NCBI GenBank assembly: GCA_038064455.1
Contig: JBBTTB010000005.1
Location: 21,983-85,982, forward strand
Length of the DNA stretch: 64,000 nucleotides
Reading direction: 5' to 3'
Origin: Patescibacteria group bacterium
GTDB taxonomy: Bacteria; Patescibacteriota; Minisyncoccia; 2-02-FULL-40-12; GWA2-44-9
The position numbers and the translations under genes were made by a program. How positions within the stretch are numbered: the first letter of the stretch is position 1; each line of letters opens with the position of its first letter. Shown in pieces: positions 44,540 through 54,341 of the stretch. The notes beneath the pieces were generated by a model. That model did not search any database. It was not told the origin of the DNA and worked only from the letters and a program-made list of their open reading frames with translations.

Positions 44540-44800
44540 ATGTACATTGTCTATATTCTGAAGTGTCGCGATGGCAGTTTGTATACGGGTATCACCACTG
44601 ATGTAGCGCGTCGTTTGCGCGAGCATAAGGCGGGGAAGGGCGGCAACTATACGCGCGCTCACGGCGCGATGCGCATGGTGTATACAGAGAAGTGCGGCTC
44701 ACGGAGTGCCGCGCTGAAACGCGAAGCGGCGATAAAACGCCTTCCCAGAGCCCAGAAGCTCTTTTTAATTCAGAGGAGAAAGCGTACAGTTATTATATGA
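44540..44800 (+). CDS. GIY-YIG nuclease (YhbQ/UPF0213-like)
   Basis: VYILKCRDGSLYTGITTD, RRLREH and ALKREAAIK. Confidence 0.92.
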   Translation: MYIVYILKCRDGSLYTGITTDVARRLREHKAGKGGNYTRAHGAMRMVYTEKCGSRSAALKREAAIKRLPRAQKLFLIQRRKRTVII

Positions 44801-44958
44801 ATCACAATACTTCTTCGGATGCGGTGTATGGGATGGGGCTTATTGGTGCGGCAGTATATTTCATTCAGCAAGCAGATTCGTTTGGAACGGGAATTGTAGG
44901 GCTCCTCAAAGCATTCATCTGGCCCGCGCTGTTGGTATATCGTTTCCTTGCGCTCTAG
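44797..44958 (+). CDS. 53-aa membrane micro-protein
   Basis: VYGMGLIGAAVYFIQQA...GLLKAFIWPA; ATGA overlap with the upstream stop. Confidence 0.7.
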   Translation: MNHNTSSDAVYGMGLIGAAVYFIQQADSFGTGIVGLLKAFIWPALLVYRFLAL

Positions 44959-44996
44959 CGGGTAGTAGTGTATACCTTCTCTGTAAGGAGGCTCGC

Positions 44997-45275
44997 ATGG
45001 CAACAGAAGAAGTTGAAAAGAGATCCGTATCCTTTTTCATCTGCACAGGTGGCAGGTGTAGCACCAGCTGGGCACATGGACATTACGCCATCCCCCTGGG
45101 CCTGAAGGAGCGCCCGATCTGGTCGTCTCCGCTCTTCTCGAGAGTGAGTGCAAACGAATATTGTCGGGAGCACTTCCCGAAGGAAGATTGGGAGCGCCTC
45201 ATGGCGGAGGTGAGAAGTACCGAACTGCCGCTCATACTCGAAGAGGACATCGGTGATCCCGACGAGGACGAATAG
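44997..45275 (+). CDS. Small orphan protein in an SD-led cassette
   Basis: SD TAAGGAGG, GC3-rich, terminator at 45289-45324. Confidence 0.6.
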   Translation: MATEEVEKRSVSFFICTGGRCSTSWAHGHYAIPLGLKERPIWSSPLFSRVSANEYCREHFPKEDWERLMAEVRSTELPLILEEDIGDPDEDE

Positions 45276-45430
45276 CTATCAACCAACACCCCGTGCGAAT
45301 GTATCGTGCGGGGTTCGTTCTTTTATTTGATATTTTTTGAGTTTTATGGTATGATTACTACACGTAGCTTTGATCTCTCGCGGTGAGGTTCTATGAAACG
45401 CGCGGCGGGTTCTCTAGTTCGTATTTTATC

Positions 45431-46663
45431 TTGGAACAAAACACATCACTTCCGGTAGCTGGATTTTCTGGATTAAGCATTGCCCCTCTGTTTTTAGAGG
45501 CGCTTACACGTATCAATTACAGCGTGCCGACGCCCATTCAGCAGCAGGTTATTCCTATTGCTGTTGAAGGCAAGGATATCGTCGGTATCGCACAAACGGG
45601 AACAGGAAAAACGCTCGCTTTCTGTTTGCCAATGCTTCAGCGTCTTTCAAACATGGATGCGCAGGGGTTGGTGCTCGTGCCAACGCGCGAGCTCGCCTCA
45701 CAGGTTGAAGAATCTATCCAGCAATTAAGCGCTGGTATGGGCGTACGCACTGCGGTGCTCATTGGTGGCGCGCCTATGTATCCGCAGGTACGCGCATTGC
45801 GTAATCACCCACACGTCATTGTGGCGACTCCCGGACGTTTTATGGATCACCTCAAGCAGAAGAATTTTAATCTCACGCGCGTACGCGTTGTGGTGCTCGA
45901 TGAGGCTGATCGCATGCTTGATATGGGGTTTGCACATCAGATCACGACCATTTTGAAAATGATCTCGACAGAGCGACAAACTATGTTGTTTTCAGCAACG
46001 ATGCCAGCAGAGATCATGAAACTCGCCACGGGACACATGCAGCTCCCTATTCGTATTGAAATTGCACCAGCGGGTACGACGGCTTCTCGCGTGACGCAAG
46101 AAATCTTTATCGTTCAGCGTGACGCAAAGATCCCTATGGTGGAAAAGCTTCTTGCGAAATATTCAGGAACGACGCTTATTTTCTCAAAGACAAAGCACGG
46201 CGCACGCAAGCTGACCGACATGATCCGTGGCATGGGGCACACCGTTGCAGAGCTCCACGCAAATCGCTCGTTAGTGCAACGCCGTGAAGCGTTGGCTGGG
46301 TTTAAATCTGGAGCATATCGTGTGCTCGTTGCTACTGACATTGCGTCTCGTGGTATTGATGTGACGGGGATCGAGCTGGTCATCAACTTTGATTTGCCTA
46401 TGAATCCTGAAGATTATGTACATCGCATTGGCCGCACTGCTCGCGCAGGTGCCGGCGGACATGCTATTTCTCTTGCGACGCCCGACCAACGCATCACATT
46501 GCGCAATATTGAGCGTATTATTCGCATGGAAATTCCTACATCGGAAGGTCCTGGAATGCCCCAAATGGATCGCCAAAGTAGCCAGGGTTCGCGTCCATTC
46601 GCAGGCCGTCGTCGCACGTTTGGCGCACGCCGCGGATTCCGCCCTCGTCGTCGTTCCTTCTAG
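45431..46663 (+). CDS. DEAD-box RNA helicase
   Basis: AQTGTGKT, PTRELA, DEAD, SAT and HRIGRTAR; probable TTG start at 45431. Confidence 0.95.
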   Translation: MEQNTSLPVAGFSGLSIAPLFLEALTRINYSVPTPIQQQVIPIAVEGKDIVGIAQTGTGKTLAFCLPMLQRLSNMDAQGLVLVPTRELASQVEESIQQLSAGMGVRTAVLIGGAPMYPQVRALRNHPHVIVATPGRFMDHLKQKNFNLTRVRVVVLDEADRMLDMGFAHQITTILKMISTERQTMLFSATMPAEIMKLATGHMQLPIRIEIAPAGTTASRVTQEIFIVQRDAKIPMVEKLLAKYSGTTLIFSKTKHGARKLTDMIRGMGHTVAELHANRSLVQRREALAGFKSGAYRVLVATDIASRGIDVTGIELVINFDLPMNPEDYVHRIGRTARAGAGGHAISLATPDQRITLRNIERIIRMEIPTSEGPGMPQMDRQSSQGSRPFAGRRRTFGARRGFRPRRRSF

Positions 46664-46702
46664 TTCGTAGCATATACTACCTGTTTGTGGCATACTCTTT
46701 GT

Positions 46703-47665
46703 ATGTTAGTTGATGATGTTACTATTTCAGTAAAAGCAGGAGATGGCGGCACAGGAGCCGTCGCTTTTGATAAGAATAAAATGAGCCTTGGTCCTTCGGG
46801 AGCCAGCGGCGGCAATGGCGCAGATGTGTATATGGAAGGCGTAGCTGACATTGGCGCGCTCACCCAATTTCGCAATGTAAAAGAGATTAAGGCGACAGAC
46901 GGAGAGGGCGGCAACCCTCAATTTCGTGATGGGCGTGATGGCGAGCCGGTAGTACTCAAAATTCCTGTTGGGACCGTTATCCATAATCTTGATACGGGAG
47001 AGGATCAGGAAATTATTAGCACGAGTGATCGCGTACTTGTGGCGCGTGGCGGAAAGGGTGGAAAGGGCAACTTCCATTTTCGATCTTCAATCAATACGAG
47101 CCCGAAAGAATTCCAAGAAGGTACGCCTGGTGAATTTTTTCATATTCGACTCGAGTTGAAGCTCATTGCTGATGTTGGTTTTGTCGGGCTTCCGAATGCT
47201 GGAAAATCGAGTCTTCTAAACGAACTTACCAATGCAAAGAGTCGTGTCGCGAACTACCCTTTTACGACACTAGAACCAAACCTTGGCTCGTATTACGGAC
47301 TTATCCTCGCCGACATTCCGGGGCTCATTGAAGGCGCCTCGCATGGGAAGGGCCTCGGTATTCGCTTCCTGCAGCACGTGGAACGCACGAAAACACTTTT
47401 TCATTTAATTTCGGCAGAATCATCCGACCCCGTTGCTGATTATAAAACAGTGCGTGGTGAGCTTTCAGCATATCGTGAGACGCTTGGCGCAAAACCAGAA
47501 CGCGTATTTTTGAGTAAGAGTGATATGGTGACGGCAGAAGTGTTTGCAGAGCATGTTGCCGCTCTTAAGAATATAGGCGTTGAGGCAACGCCGCTTTCTA
47601 TCCACGATTCCGAAAGCCTTGCCCGCGTTGAGGTCATCTTGCGTGAAATTCAAAAAACGAAGTAG
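46703..47665 (+). CDS. obgE: GTPase ObgE/CgtA
   Basis: Gly-rich Obg fold, GLPNAGKS, YPFTTLEP and DIPGLIEGA. Confidence 0.96.
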   Translation: MLVDDVTISVKAGDGGTGAVAFDKNKMSLGPSGASGGNGADVYMEGVADIGALTQFRNVKEIKATDGEGGNPQFRDGRDGEPVVLKIPVGTVIHNLDTGEDQEIISTSDRVLVARGGKGGKGNFHFRSSINTSPKEFQEGTPGEFFHIRLELKLIADVGFVGLPNAGKSSLLNELTNAKSRVANYPFTTLEPNLGSYYGLILADIPGLIEGASHGKGLGIRFLQHVERTKTLFHLISAESSDPVADYKTVRGELSAYRETLGAKPERVFLSKSDMVTAEVFAEHVAALKNIGVEATPLSIHDSESLARVEVILREIQKTK

Positions 47666-47678
47666 TGGCTTGTATGCT

Positions 47679-48953
47679 ATGGAGTCATTCACATTATCAA
47701 ATGGCCTGCGTGTAGTATATGTACCAATGGACCGTCGTTCAGTGCTTGTGACGCTCAAGGGTAATGTAGGGCGTCGTGCGGAACATGAAACAGAGGTAGG
47801 GGCTGCACATTTTTTAGAGCATCTGTTATTCGATGGCACCGAGCGTATGTCGACATCACAAGAGCTTGCACGATTTACGCAGGCGCACGGCATTCGTCGT
47901 AATGGAGTCACGAGCGCCGAGCATGTAGAATATTGGGCCAGTGGTGCGCGAAGTCAGGTTGAATATATTTTTAGCTATCTAGGAGATATTACGCAACATT
48001 CTCTATTGCGTCAGGAAGATATTGTTAAGGAGCGAAAGGTGATTGCTCAAGAAGCCGCCTTACGGAAGACCGATCCGGCGAGTGCGCTCTCGCGCATGGT
48101 GTTGAGGGATGTAATCGCAAATAATCATCCGCTGGGCAGAACTATTTTTCAAGACGAAGAGTTCCTTGCATCCATGACGAGTGATGTTCTACGTGGATAT
48201 ATGCAACGCGTATACGGTGCAGAAAACTTTGTACTCGGCATCGGTGGTGGCATCAGCGAATCGGATGCGCGGCGTTTTGCTGAACAATCCTTTAACTCCT
48301 TCCCCACGCTTGGTGCGGCGACACCTCCTAGTCCCGCCCGTTTACGAGAAGGCTCGTATACTCGGTGGTATGAACGTGATATAGAACAGGCACAAGTAGA
48401 AATGGTGCTCCCAGGCATTGGCAGGGTGCATCCGGATGCGCTTACCTATGTTACGCGCGCAATGGTTTTCGGGAGGATTTTTGCTCAAGGGAGCGCCTCA
48501 CATCTATACCAGCGTGTCCGCGAGCAGGAACACTTGGTGTACCATATTGGCGGAGACTCTGATATGTTCAGCGATATCGGATTATGGTCGATCTCCTTTG
48601 CGGCAACCTCTGAAAACATACCAAAAGTCTTTTCCGCCATATGTGATGAGGCGACTCATTTTTTACAGAGAGGAGTTTCGCGTGAGGAGCTAGAGAGTGC
48701 AAAAGTGCCACTGTTAACAGGATTAGAAATGAGCCTAGACTCTTATGATTCTATCCTCGATGCGCACATGAACGCTCTGCTTACGAACGTTGAGTTTTGG
48801 TCTGTAGATATGTTGATGGAACACATTCGCAATGTAACCCCTGAAGACATCATGTTCTTTGCGCGCGAGTTATTTGCTATGCCATGTAAGACGTATATTC
48901 TTGGTCGCAAGGAAGCGCACGTGCCAGGTCCAGACAGATTGGTTAATGCGTAG
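47679..48953 (+). CDS. M16 family zinc peptidase
   Basis: LSNGLRV, HFLEH inverted zinc motif and LYQRVREQ. Confidence 0.9.
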   Translation: MESFTLSNGLRVVYVPMDRRSVLVTLKGNVGRRAEHETEVGAAHFLEHLLFDGTERMSTSQELARFTQAHGIRRNGVTSAEHVEYWASGARSQVEYIFSYLGDITQHSLLRQEDIVKERKVIAQEAALRKTDPASALSRMVLRDVIANNHPLGRTIFQDEEFLASMTSDVLRGYMQRVYGAENFVLGIGGGISESDARRFAEQSFNSFPTLGAATPPSPARLREGSYTRWYERDIEQAQVEMVLPGIGRVHPDALTYVTRAMVFGRIFAQGSASHLYQRVREQEHLVYHIGGDSDMFSDIGLWSISFAATSENIPKVFSAICDEATHFLQRGVSREELESAKVPLLTGLEMSLDSYDSILDAHMNALLTNVEFWSVDMLMEHIRNVTPEDIMFFARELFAMPCKTYILGRKEAHVPGPDRLVNA

Positions 48954-49092
48954 CTCTTCCGATCCGCGTCATAATGCGATAGAATATACTTATCTATGTC
49001 TGCACGTGGTTCTCTGATTGGGGCAACGCCCCTTATAAGCGCCGGATCTCTTGTTGGTGTCGCGATGATGTTTTTCATGAGCGTCTCATAGT

Positions 49093-49581
49093 ATGACCGC
49101 ACACACACTAAAGGGATTCGTGCGCGCACACGGATATCCTCTGCTTTTTGCAGTGGCGCTATTTACCGTGGGCTGGCTCATCCTCAAGGGTCAAACCATC
49201 ACCTTTCCTGGAGTGCAGGTGGGGAAGAATGCACTTCTTGTTGTCGATCAGCGCCCGGGGCTTGCGGTTCGTGTTGAGCTTGCGGCGTTTGATCGTCCAG
49301 GGTTCGTGGTTATTCAATATGCAATTGTTCGTCCAGGCGCGCGCTCTTATGCGGGAGCTACGGCGCTCCTTGCAGTTGGAGAGCATCAGGGCTTAGAGAT
49401 CGTGCTTTCTGGGCCAAGTAAAAACGGAGAAGGGTATGTCGCGGTACTCTATGCCGATGATGGGGATGGTCGCTTTGACCCACTCCTTGATAAGCCGATT
49501 GCTGACGTCTGGAAAAATCCTATTGCAGCACTCTTTCACACGCTCGATTCCGCAAAGGATTCTTGGGATATACGATTTTAA
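49093..49581 (+). CDS. Exported hypothetical protein
   Basis: TM anchor, PGFVVI and AVLYADDGDGRFD. Confidence 0.7.
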   Translation: MTAHTLKGFVRAHGYPLLFAVALFTVGWLILKGQTITFPGVQVGKNALLVVDQRPGLAVRVELAAFDRPGFVVIQYAIVRPGARSYAGATALLAVGEHQGLEIVLSGPSKNGEGYVAVLYADDGDGRFDPLLDKPIADVWKNPIAALFHTLDSAKDSWDIRF

Positions 49582-49652
49582 CGAGCGGACTTCTCGAATG
49601 CCGTGTGCATAAGCGTTCTTGCGCTCGAGAAGTGACGTTATATACTAGGTGT

Positions 49653-50411
49653 ATGAAACGACATTCAATCGTGTTTGTTGCAGTTACGCTTGCTTTGGGC
49701 CTCATGGGTGCGCCTATTGCATATGCAGAAAGCGAAGATAATTCCGTGTCTCCTTCTCCAAAGAGTGAGATTCGAGAGAAAGAGCGCGAAGCACTAAAAA
49801 AGAAGCAGGAGGTTGAAAAAACAAAGCGCGCAGAAGAGCGCGAAGCGTTGAAGCAGAAGGAAGAGAAGGCGCGCGAGGCAATGAAAGATAAGCGAGAGCA
49901 AGAGCGCGAAGCGTTCAAGAAAAAGCTTGCGGGGCTGAAAGATGAAAAGAAGAAGCAGATCGTAGAGCGCATTGATGGTCAAATTGACGCGCTCAATGCT
50001 CGTATCACAAAAAACTTTGTGAGCGTTCTTGAAAAAATAGAAGTCTCCCTTTCCCGCATTGAGGCTCGCGTTGCCGACCTCAAGAGTGCGGGTAAAGATG
50101 TCACGAAGGCAGAGGTCGCTATTGTTACTGCGAAGGAAGCGATAGCCACAGCTCGCGCACGCGTTGAGGTTCAAGCTGGCGAAGCGTATGTGATCACTAT
50201 TACCACGGAAGATAAACTTGGCTCTGCAGTAAGTACAGTCCGTAAGTCGCTCTATGAAGATCTCAAGGAGGCACAGGAGTCTGTGCGTGAAGCGCACAGT
50301 GCTGTTAAAGAGCTCTCCGAAGTGGTAAAAGAGGTTATCCGTGGGCGTGAAGATGATGACGAAGTTTCCCCGTCTCCACTCCCAAGCACATCTCCTGCGG
50401 TAACCCAATAA
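49653..50411 (+). CDS. Exported coiled-coil protein
   Basis: Signal peptide ending AYA, EREA repeats and SP-rich ends. Confidence 0.75.
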   Translation: MKRHSIVFVAVTLALGLMGAPIAYAESEDNSVSPSPKSEIREKEREALKKKQEVEKTKRAEEREALKQKEEKAREAMKDKREQEREAFKKKLAGLKDEKKKQIVERIDGQIDALNARITKNFVSVLEKIEVSLSRIEARVADLKSAGKDVTKAEVAIVTAKEAIATARARVEVQAGEAYVITITTEDKLGSAVSTVRKSLYEDLKEAQESVREAHSAVKELSEVVKEVIRGREDDDEVSPSPLPSTSPAVTQ

Positions 50412-50417
50412 AAACTG

Positions 50418-50657
50418 ATGAATGATTCTCATGGTTCATTCAGTTGGCTGTGGGCGATTGTGCTTATTGCGCTTGCGAGTGTTATAGGATGGGTGCTCAT
50501 GCAACAGGGCACTCCAGAAGACGTTGATTATAAAAAGATGCCAGCGCCCTCGGCTAAAGTATCCGCATCACCCGATGCGCTCGAGATAAATGAGATTGAA
50601 GACGTAGACCTTGATAAGGAGCTACAAGAAATCGATAACGCGGCTCAAGGGCTCTAA
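50418..50657 (+). CDS. Small membrane-anchored protein
   Basis: TM plus acidic tail; palindromic terminator at 50669-50702. Confidence 0.7.
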   Translation: MNDSHGSFSWLWAIVLIALASVIGWVLMQQGTPEDVDYKKMPAPSAKVSASPDALEINEIEDVDLDKELQEIDNAAQGL

Positions 50658-50737
50658 GAGAGTAACACTATCAAAAGACCGACATATGTCGGTTTTTTGA
50701 TACTTTCACAGGGATGTAAAGTGTGAGAATATGTGGC

Positions 50738-51124
50738 ATGACCTCACGTGATCCATATAAAGAGAAGCTTTCGCAAGATCAATATCGCATACTGCGCGAA
50801 GGAGCTACGGAAGCGCCATTTTCAGGAGCATATGTTGCTACGAAAGAGGCAGGTATGTATATGTGTGCGGCATGTGGCCAAGAGCTCTTCTCCTCCGATA
50901 CAAAATTCGATTCAGGCACTGGATGGCCTAGTTTTACCGATCCCGTGAATCGCGAGCATGTTATTCTCCAATCTGATATGTCGCACGGCATGGTGCGCGT
51001 TGAGGTGCGATGTAAGAAATGCGACTCTCATTTAGGGCACGTATTTGACGATGGTCCACAGGAAGCTGGAGGAAAGCGTTTTTGTATTAATTCAGCGTGT
51101 CTTCAATTCAAGCCAAAAAACTAA
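50738..51124 (+). CDS. msrB: Peptide-methionine (R)-S-oxide reductase
   Basis: TEAPFSG, CAAC, KFDSGTGWPSF, HLGHVFDDGP and RFCINS. Confidence 0.97.
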   Translation: MTSRDPYKEKLSQDQYRILREGATEAPFSGAYVATKEAGMYMCAACGQELFSSDTKFDSGTGWPSFTDPVNREHVILQSDMSHGMVRVEVRCKKCDSHLGHVFDDGPQEAGGKRFCINSACLQFKPKN

Positions 51125-51759
51125 CACGGGCACTTCGAGCATTGCTCACATCCGAGGAGCGTGCACTCATGGGCTCTTTGCGTACGCCAGAGCGCGTACA
51201 GGATTTTCTTTCTGCGTTACCTGCAAATCATGAGCCTGAAGGGGATTCATGCCTTTCGCCGCATCTCGTTATGCAGAATCGCACAGCTCATTGTTTTGAA
51301 GGAGCTCTTTTTGCCGCAGCAACGCTCTGGTATCATGGACAACGGCCACTGCTCTTAGATCTACAAACAGCGCCTCATGATTTCGATCACGTGGTGGCGT
51401 TATTCCGGCGCGATGGTTTATGGGGCGCAATAAGTAAAACAAACCATGCGGTTTTGAGATGGCGAGACCCGATTTATCGAACAGTTCGCGAGCTCGCGCT
51501 TTCCTATTTCCACGAATATTTCCTTGATTCGGGAGAGAAGACGCTCCGCGCTTATTCACGGCCATTTTCGTTAGAGCGGTTCGGCGCGGAGTGGGTGGTT
51601 TCGGATGAGCCACTTTGGTATATTGGAGATGCCCTAGATGCCTCGCCACATAGTTCTATAGCACCGCTGCGCATTTTACGACGAGCGCGCCCCGCTGAAG
51701 CATTTGAGCGATTAGTAACCGCACACGAAGAACACACACGAATACGTACGGAAAAATAA
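51097..51759 (+). CDS. Conserved hypothetical protein with a possible Cys-His (transglutaminase/papain-like) site; start uncertain (GTG 51097 or ATG 51169)
   Basis: AHCFEGALFAAA, DHVVALF and WGAISKTNH. Confidence 0.7.
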   Translation: MSSIQAKKLTRALRALLTSEERALMGSLRTPERVQDFLSALPANHEPEGDSCLSPHLVMQNRTAHCFEGALFAAATLWYHGQRPLLLDLQTAPHDFDHVVALFRRDGLWGAISKTNHAVLRWRDPIYRTVRELALSYFHEYFLDSGEKTLRAYSRPFSLERFGAEWVVSDEPLWYIGDALDASPHSSIAPLRILRRARPAEAFERLVTAHEEHTRIRTEK

Positions 51760-51760
51760 C

Positions 51761-52885
51761 ATGACCGAACATCATCACGATGCACACGACCACAAACCAC
51801 ATGGCCTCCTCGCAGTGGGTGTTTTTTGCCTTTCCATCGGCATGCTCTGGTATGCTGGGTTTTTCTCTTCTGATCGGACAATTGATTTAAAAGACGAGAG
51901 TATTTTCTCTGGTGTGGTGACCGAGGTACTCGAAGAGCGCACGGTCCCAAGCATTGTACCTGGTCGAACGATTCGTGAGCAGAAACTTTCAGTGGATACG
52001 ACGCTTCCTGATGGTGTGCGTGTTGTCGTGGTGATAAATGATTTTGTGCCTCTTGCCGCCGGTGATCGCGTGTATGTACAGCAAACGGGAGGAAGTGAGA
52101 GTGAGCAGTTTTTTATTGTTGATGTGCAGCGTGGCCGTGGTCTCCTCGCGCTTGTAGCGCTCTTTGTGGGCACTGTGATTACTATGGCAGGGAAGAAGGG
52201 GCTTTATGCGCTTTCTGGTCTTATCTTCAGTTTTGCGCTTATTGTCACATGGATTGTGCCGCGCATTCTCGCAGGTAATGATCCGGTGCTCATCGGCCTT
52301 ATTGGGTCTATGCTTATTCTGACCGTCACGCTTGCGGTTTCATATGGAGTAAACCGAAAATCTATCTCGGCACTTTTAGGAATTTTGATCGCTCTCTTAG
52401 TTGTTGGTGCCTTATCAAGCGTTACCGTGAGCGCTCTCCACTTCCCCGGGTTTTCAGCTGAAGAGGCTATTTACCTTAATATGGAATCAGAGCACGCCGT
52501 GAACCTTGTGGCGCTGGTAGTGGCGGGTATTATTATTGCTGCAATCGGGGTCCTTGATGATATCGCAATCACACAAGCGGCTACTGTATTTAGTCTCGCA
52601 CACACAGATCCACGCTTGACGCGCATGCAACTTTTTTCACGGGCTATGGATGTTGGGCGCGATCACATTTCTGCAGTGATAAATACACTCATGCTTGCAT
52701 ACGCTGGCGCGTCTCTCCCCTTAGTGTTGTTAGTGAGCGTTCGTAAGTTCCCACTCTTTTTTGTGATAAATGGAGAAATCGTCGCCGAAGAAATTGTGCG
52801 CACTCTGATTTCCTCTACGGGATTAGTATTAGCCGTTCCTGCAACGACACTTATCGCAGCATATATGGCAAAACGAGATGCGTAA
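51761..52885 (+). CDS. YibE/F-family membrane protein
   Basis: IGVLDDIAITQ, GRDHISAVINTLMLAYAG and EIVRTL. Confidence 0.9.
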   Translation: MTEHHHDAHDHKPHGLLAVGVFCLSIGMLWYAGFFSSDRTIDLKDESIFSGVVTEVLEERTVPSIVPGRTIREQKLSVDTTLPDGVRVVVVINDFVPLAAGDRVYVQQTGGSESEQFFIVDVQRGRGLLALVALFVGTVITMAGKKGLYALSGLIFSFALIVTWIVPRILAGNDPVLIGLIGSMLILTVTLAVSYGVNRKSISALLGILIALLVVGALSSVTVSALHFPGFSAEEAIYLNMESEHAVNLVALVVAGIIIAAIGVLDDIAITQAATVFSLAHTDPRLTRMQLFSRAMDVGRDHISAVINTLMLAYAGASLPLVLLVSVRKFPLFFVINGEIVAEEIVRTLISSTGLVLAVPATTLIAAYMAKRDA

Positions 52886-53648
52886 TATTATTATCTCACT
52901 TTTCTTTGGGATAGGAGCCCTCATCGTTGTAGGAGCATACATGGTGGGCGCTTTTCCAGATGCGAAGGAGGGTATGCCAACTACTTCTCCGCTACTCATG
53001 CCGCTTACATCCAAGGTAGTACCGACGCCAACTCCACTGCCATCCCCATCTATTCTTCCAGAACGCGTCGTGCACAGCGTTTCTTTCGTCGCCCAAGCAC
53101 CGTTTGGTGATTGGGCAGATCCGCGCCAACAAGGGGCGTGTGAGGAATCTACGATGCTCATGGCGGTGCGATGGGCTCGGGGCGAGACTATCAATCCGGC
53201 CACGGTTTTAGAAGATATTTTCGCGCTTTCTGATTTTGGTAAGAATCGCTTTGGCACAATCCGTGATACGTCGGCTCAAGATACTGCCTTGTTCGCGACA
53301 GAATTTTTAAATCACCCAAATGTATCCGTGGAAAACGACCCCACAATAGATGATATTCGCAGAGCGCTTGCGAGTGGAGCCGTCGTTGCAGTACCTACGA
53401 ATGGGCAGGTTATCGGGAACCCATACTACACGCCGCCTGGCTCCGCGTATCACATGGTGCTTATCATTGGGTATGATAATGCGCACGGCGTTTTTATTAC
53501 GAATGACCCCGGGACGCGCCACGGCGCTTCTTTCGAGTATCCTTACGCTACGTTGTATAATGGCATTCGTGATTATCCAACGGGTGACCATGAGCCGGTG
53601 CCGCGTATCATAAAAACAATGATTGTCGTGCGCCAAGCTATGCGTTGA
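52878..53648 (+). CDS. Peptidase C39-like exported protein
   Basis: QAPFG, ACEES (Cys), YHMVLIIGYD (His) and TNDPG (Asp). Confidence 0.85.
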   Translation: MRNIIISLFFGIGALIVVGAYMVGAFPDAKEGMPTTSPLLMPLTSKVVPTPTPLPSPSILPERVVHSVSFVAQAPFGDWADPRQQGACEESTMLMAVRWARGETINPATVLEDIFALSDFGKNRFGTIRDTSAQDTALFATEFLNHPNVSVENDPTIDDIRRALASGAVVAVPTNGQVIGNPYYTPPGSAYHMVLIIGYDNAHGVFITNDPGTRHGASFEYPYATLYNGIRDYPTGDHEPVPRIIKTMIVVRQAMR

Positions 53649-53679
53649 TTTCACGGAAGGACAGGGTATACTCACTGAT

Positions 53680-54336
53680 ATGCAATTTCCTTTTACACAA
53701 CGGGGGAGCGGCGCCCTTTGGATTATATTGATTATGGTGGCGAGCATAGCCGCGCTCGTCCTTCTTACGTACCGGCCTTCTCAAAATGGCTCTGGTACGC
53801 TCTCAAGTGCCCCAGTAGAAGGGGAGGATCGTATTCAGGGGTCTCTGGCCGCTTCCGCGGTACTTGTTGAGTATAGCGATTTCCAGTGCCCTGCATGTGC
53901 GCAATTTGAACCACTTTTGCAGGAAGCGAAGGATGCATTTGGTGATAAGCTGACGCTCGTATATCGTCATTTCCCGCTACGCACGATCCACGCAAATGCA
54001 AATCTAGCAGCACAAGCGGCGGAAGCCGCTGGCGCGCAGGGTAAGTTTTGGGAGATGCACGGAATTTTATTTACGCAACAACAGACGTGGTCTACTGCTT
54101 CAAATGCGCGCGATCTCATGATTGGGTATGCGCGTCAGTTTGGTCTCAATGCGGAACAATTCGTTCGCGATATGGACGCGAACGCTACCCAGGCGCGCAT
54201 TGATCGCGATCTTGCGTCGGGCGCTGCATCAGGAGTAACAGGCACTCCCTCCTTCTTCTTAAACGGCGCGAAACTCACTCCATCTTCGAGCGAAGGATTT
54301 CTCAACAGCATCCGTGCAGTTATTGAACAGCAATAA
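53680..54336 (+). CDS. DsbA-family thiol-disulfide oxidoreductase
   Basis: EYSDFQCPAC, YRHFPL and GVTGTPSF. Confidence 0.93.
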   Translation: MQFPFTQRGSGALWIILIMVASIAALVLLTYRPSQNGSGTLSSAPVEGEDRIQGSLAASAVLVEYSDFQCPACAQFEPLLQEAKDAFGDKLTLVYRHFPLRTIHANANLAAQAAEAAGAQGKFWEMHGILFTQQQTWSTASNARDLMIGYARQFGLNAEQFVRDMDANATQARIDRDLASGAASGVTGTPSFFLNGAKLTPSSSEGFLNSIRAVIEQQ

Positions 54337-54341
54337 CCTCT

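Noticed and set aside
48996-49091. 31-aa hydrophobic micro-ORF
   Set aside because: A possible -10 lies upstream, but there is no motif or other support.
49760-49930. GAGCGCGAAGC repeats
   Set aside because: They encode EREA coiled-coil repeats within a protein and are not a CRISPR or DNA-level array.
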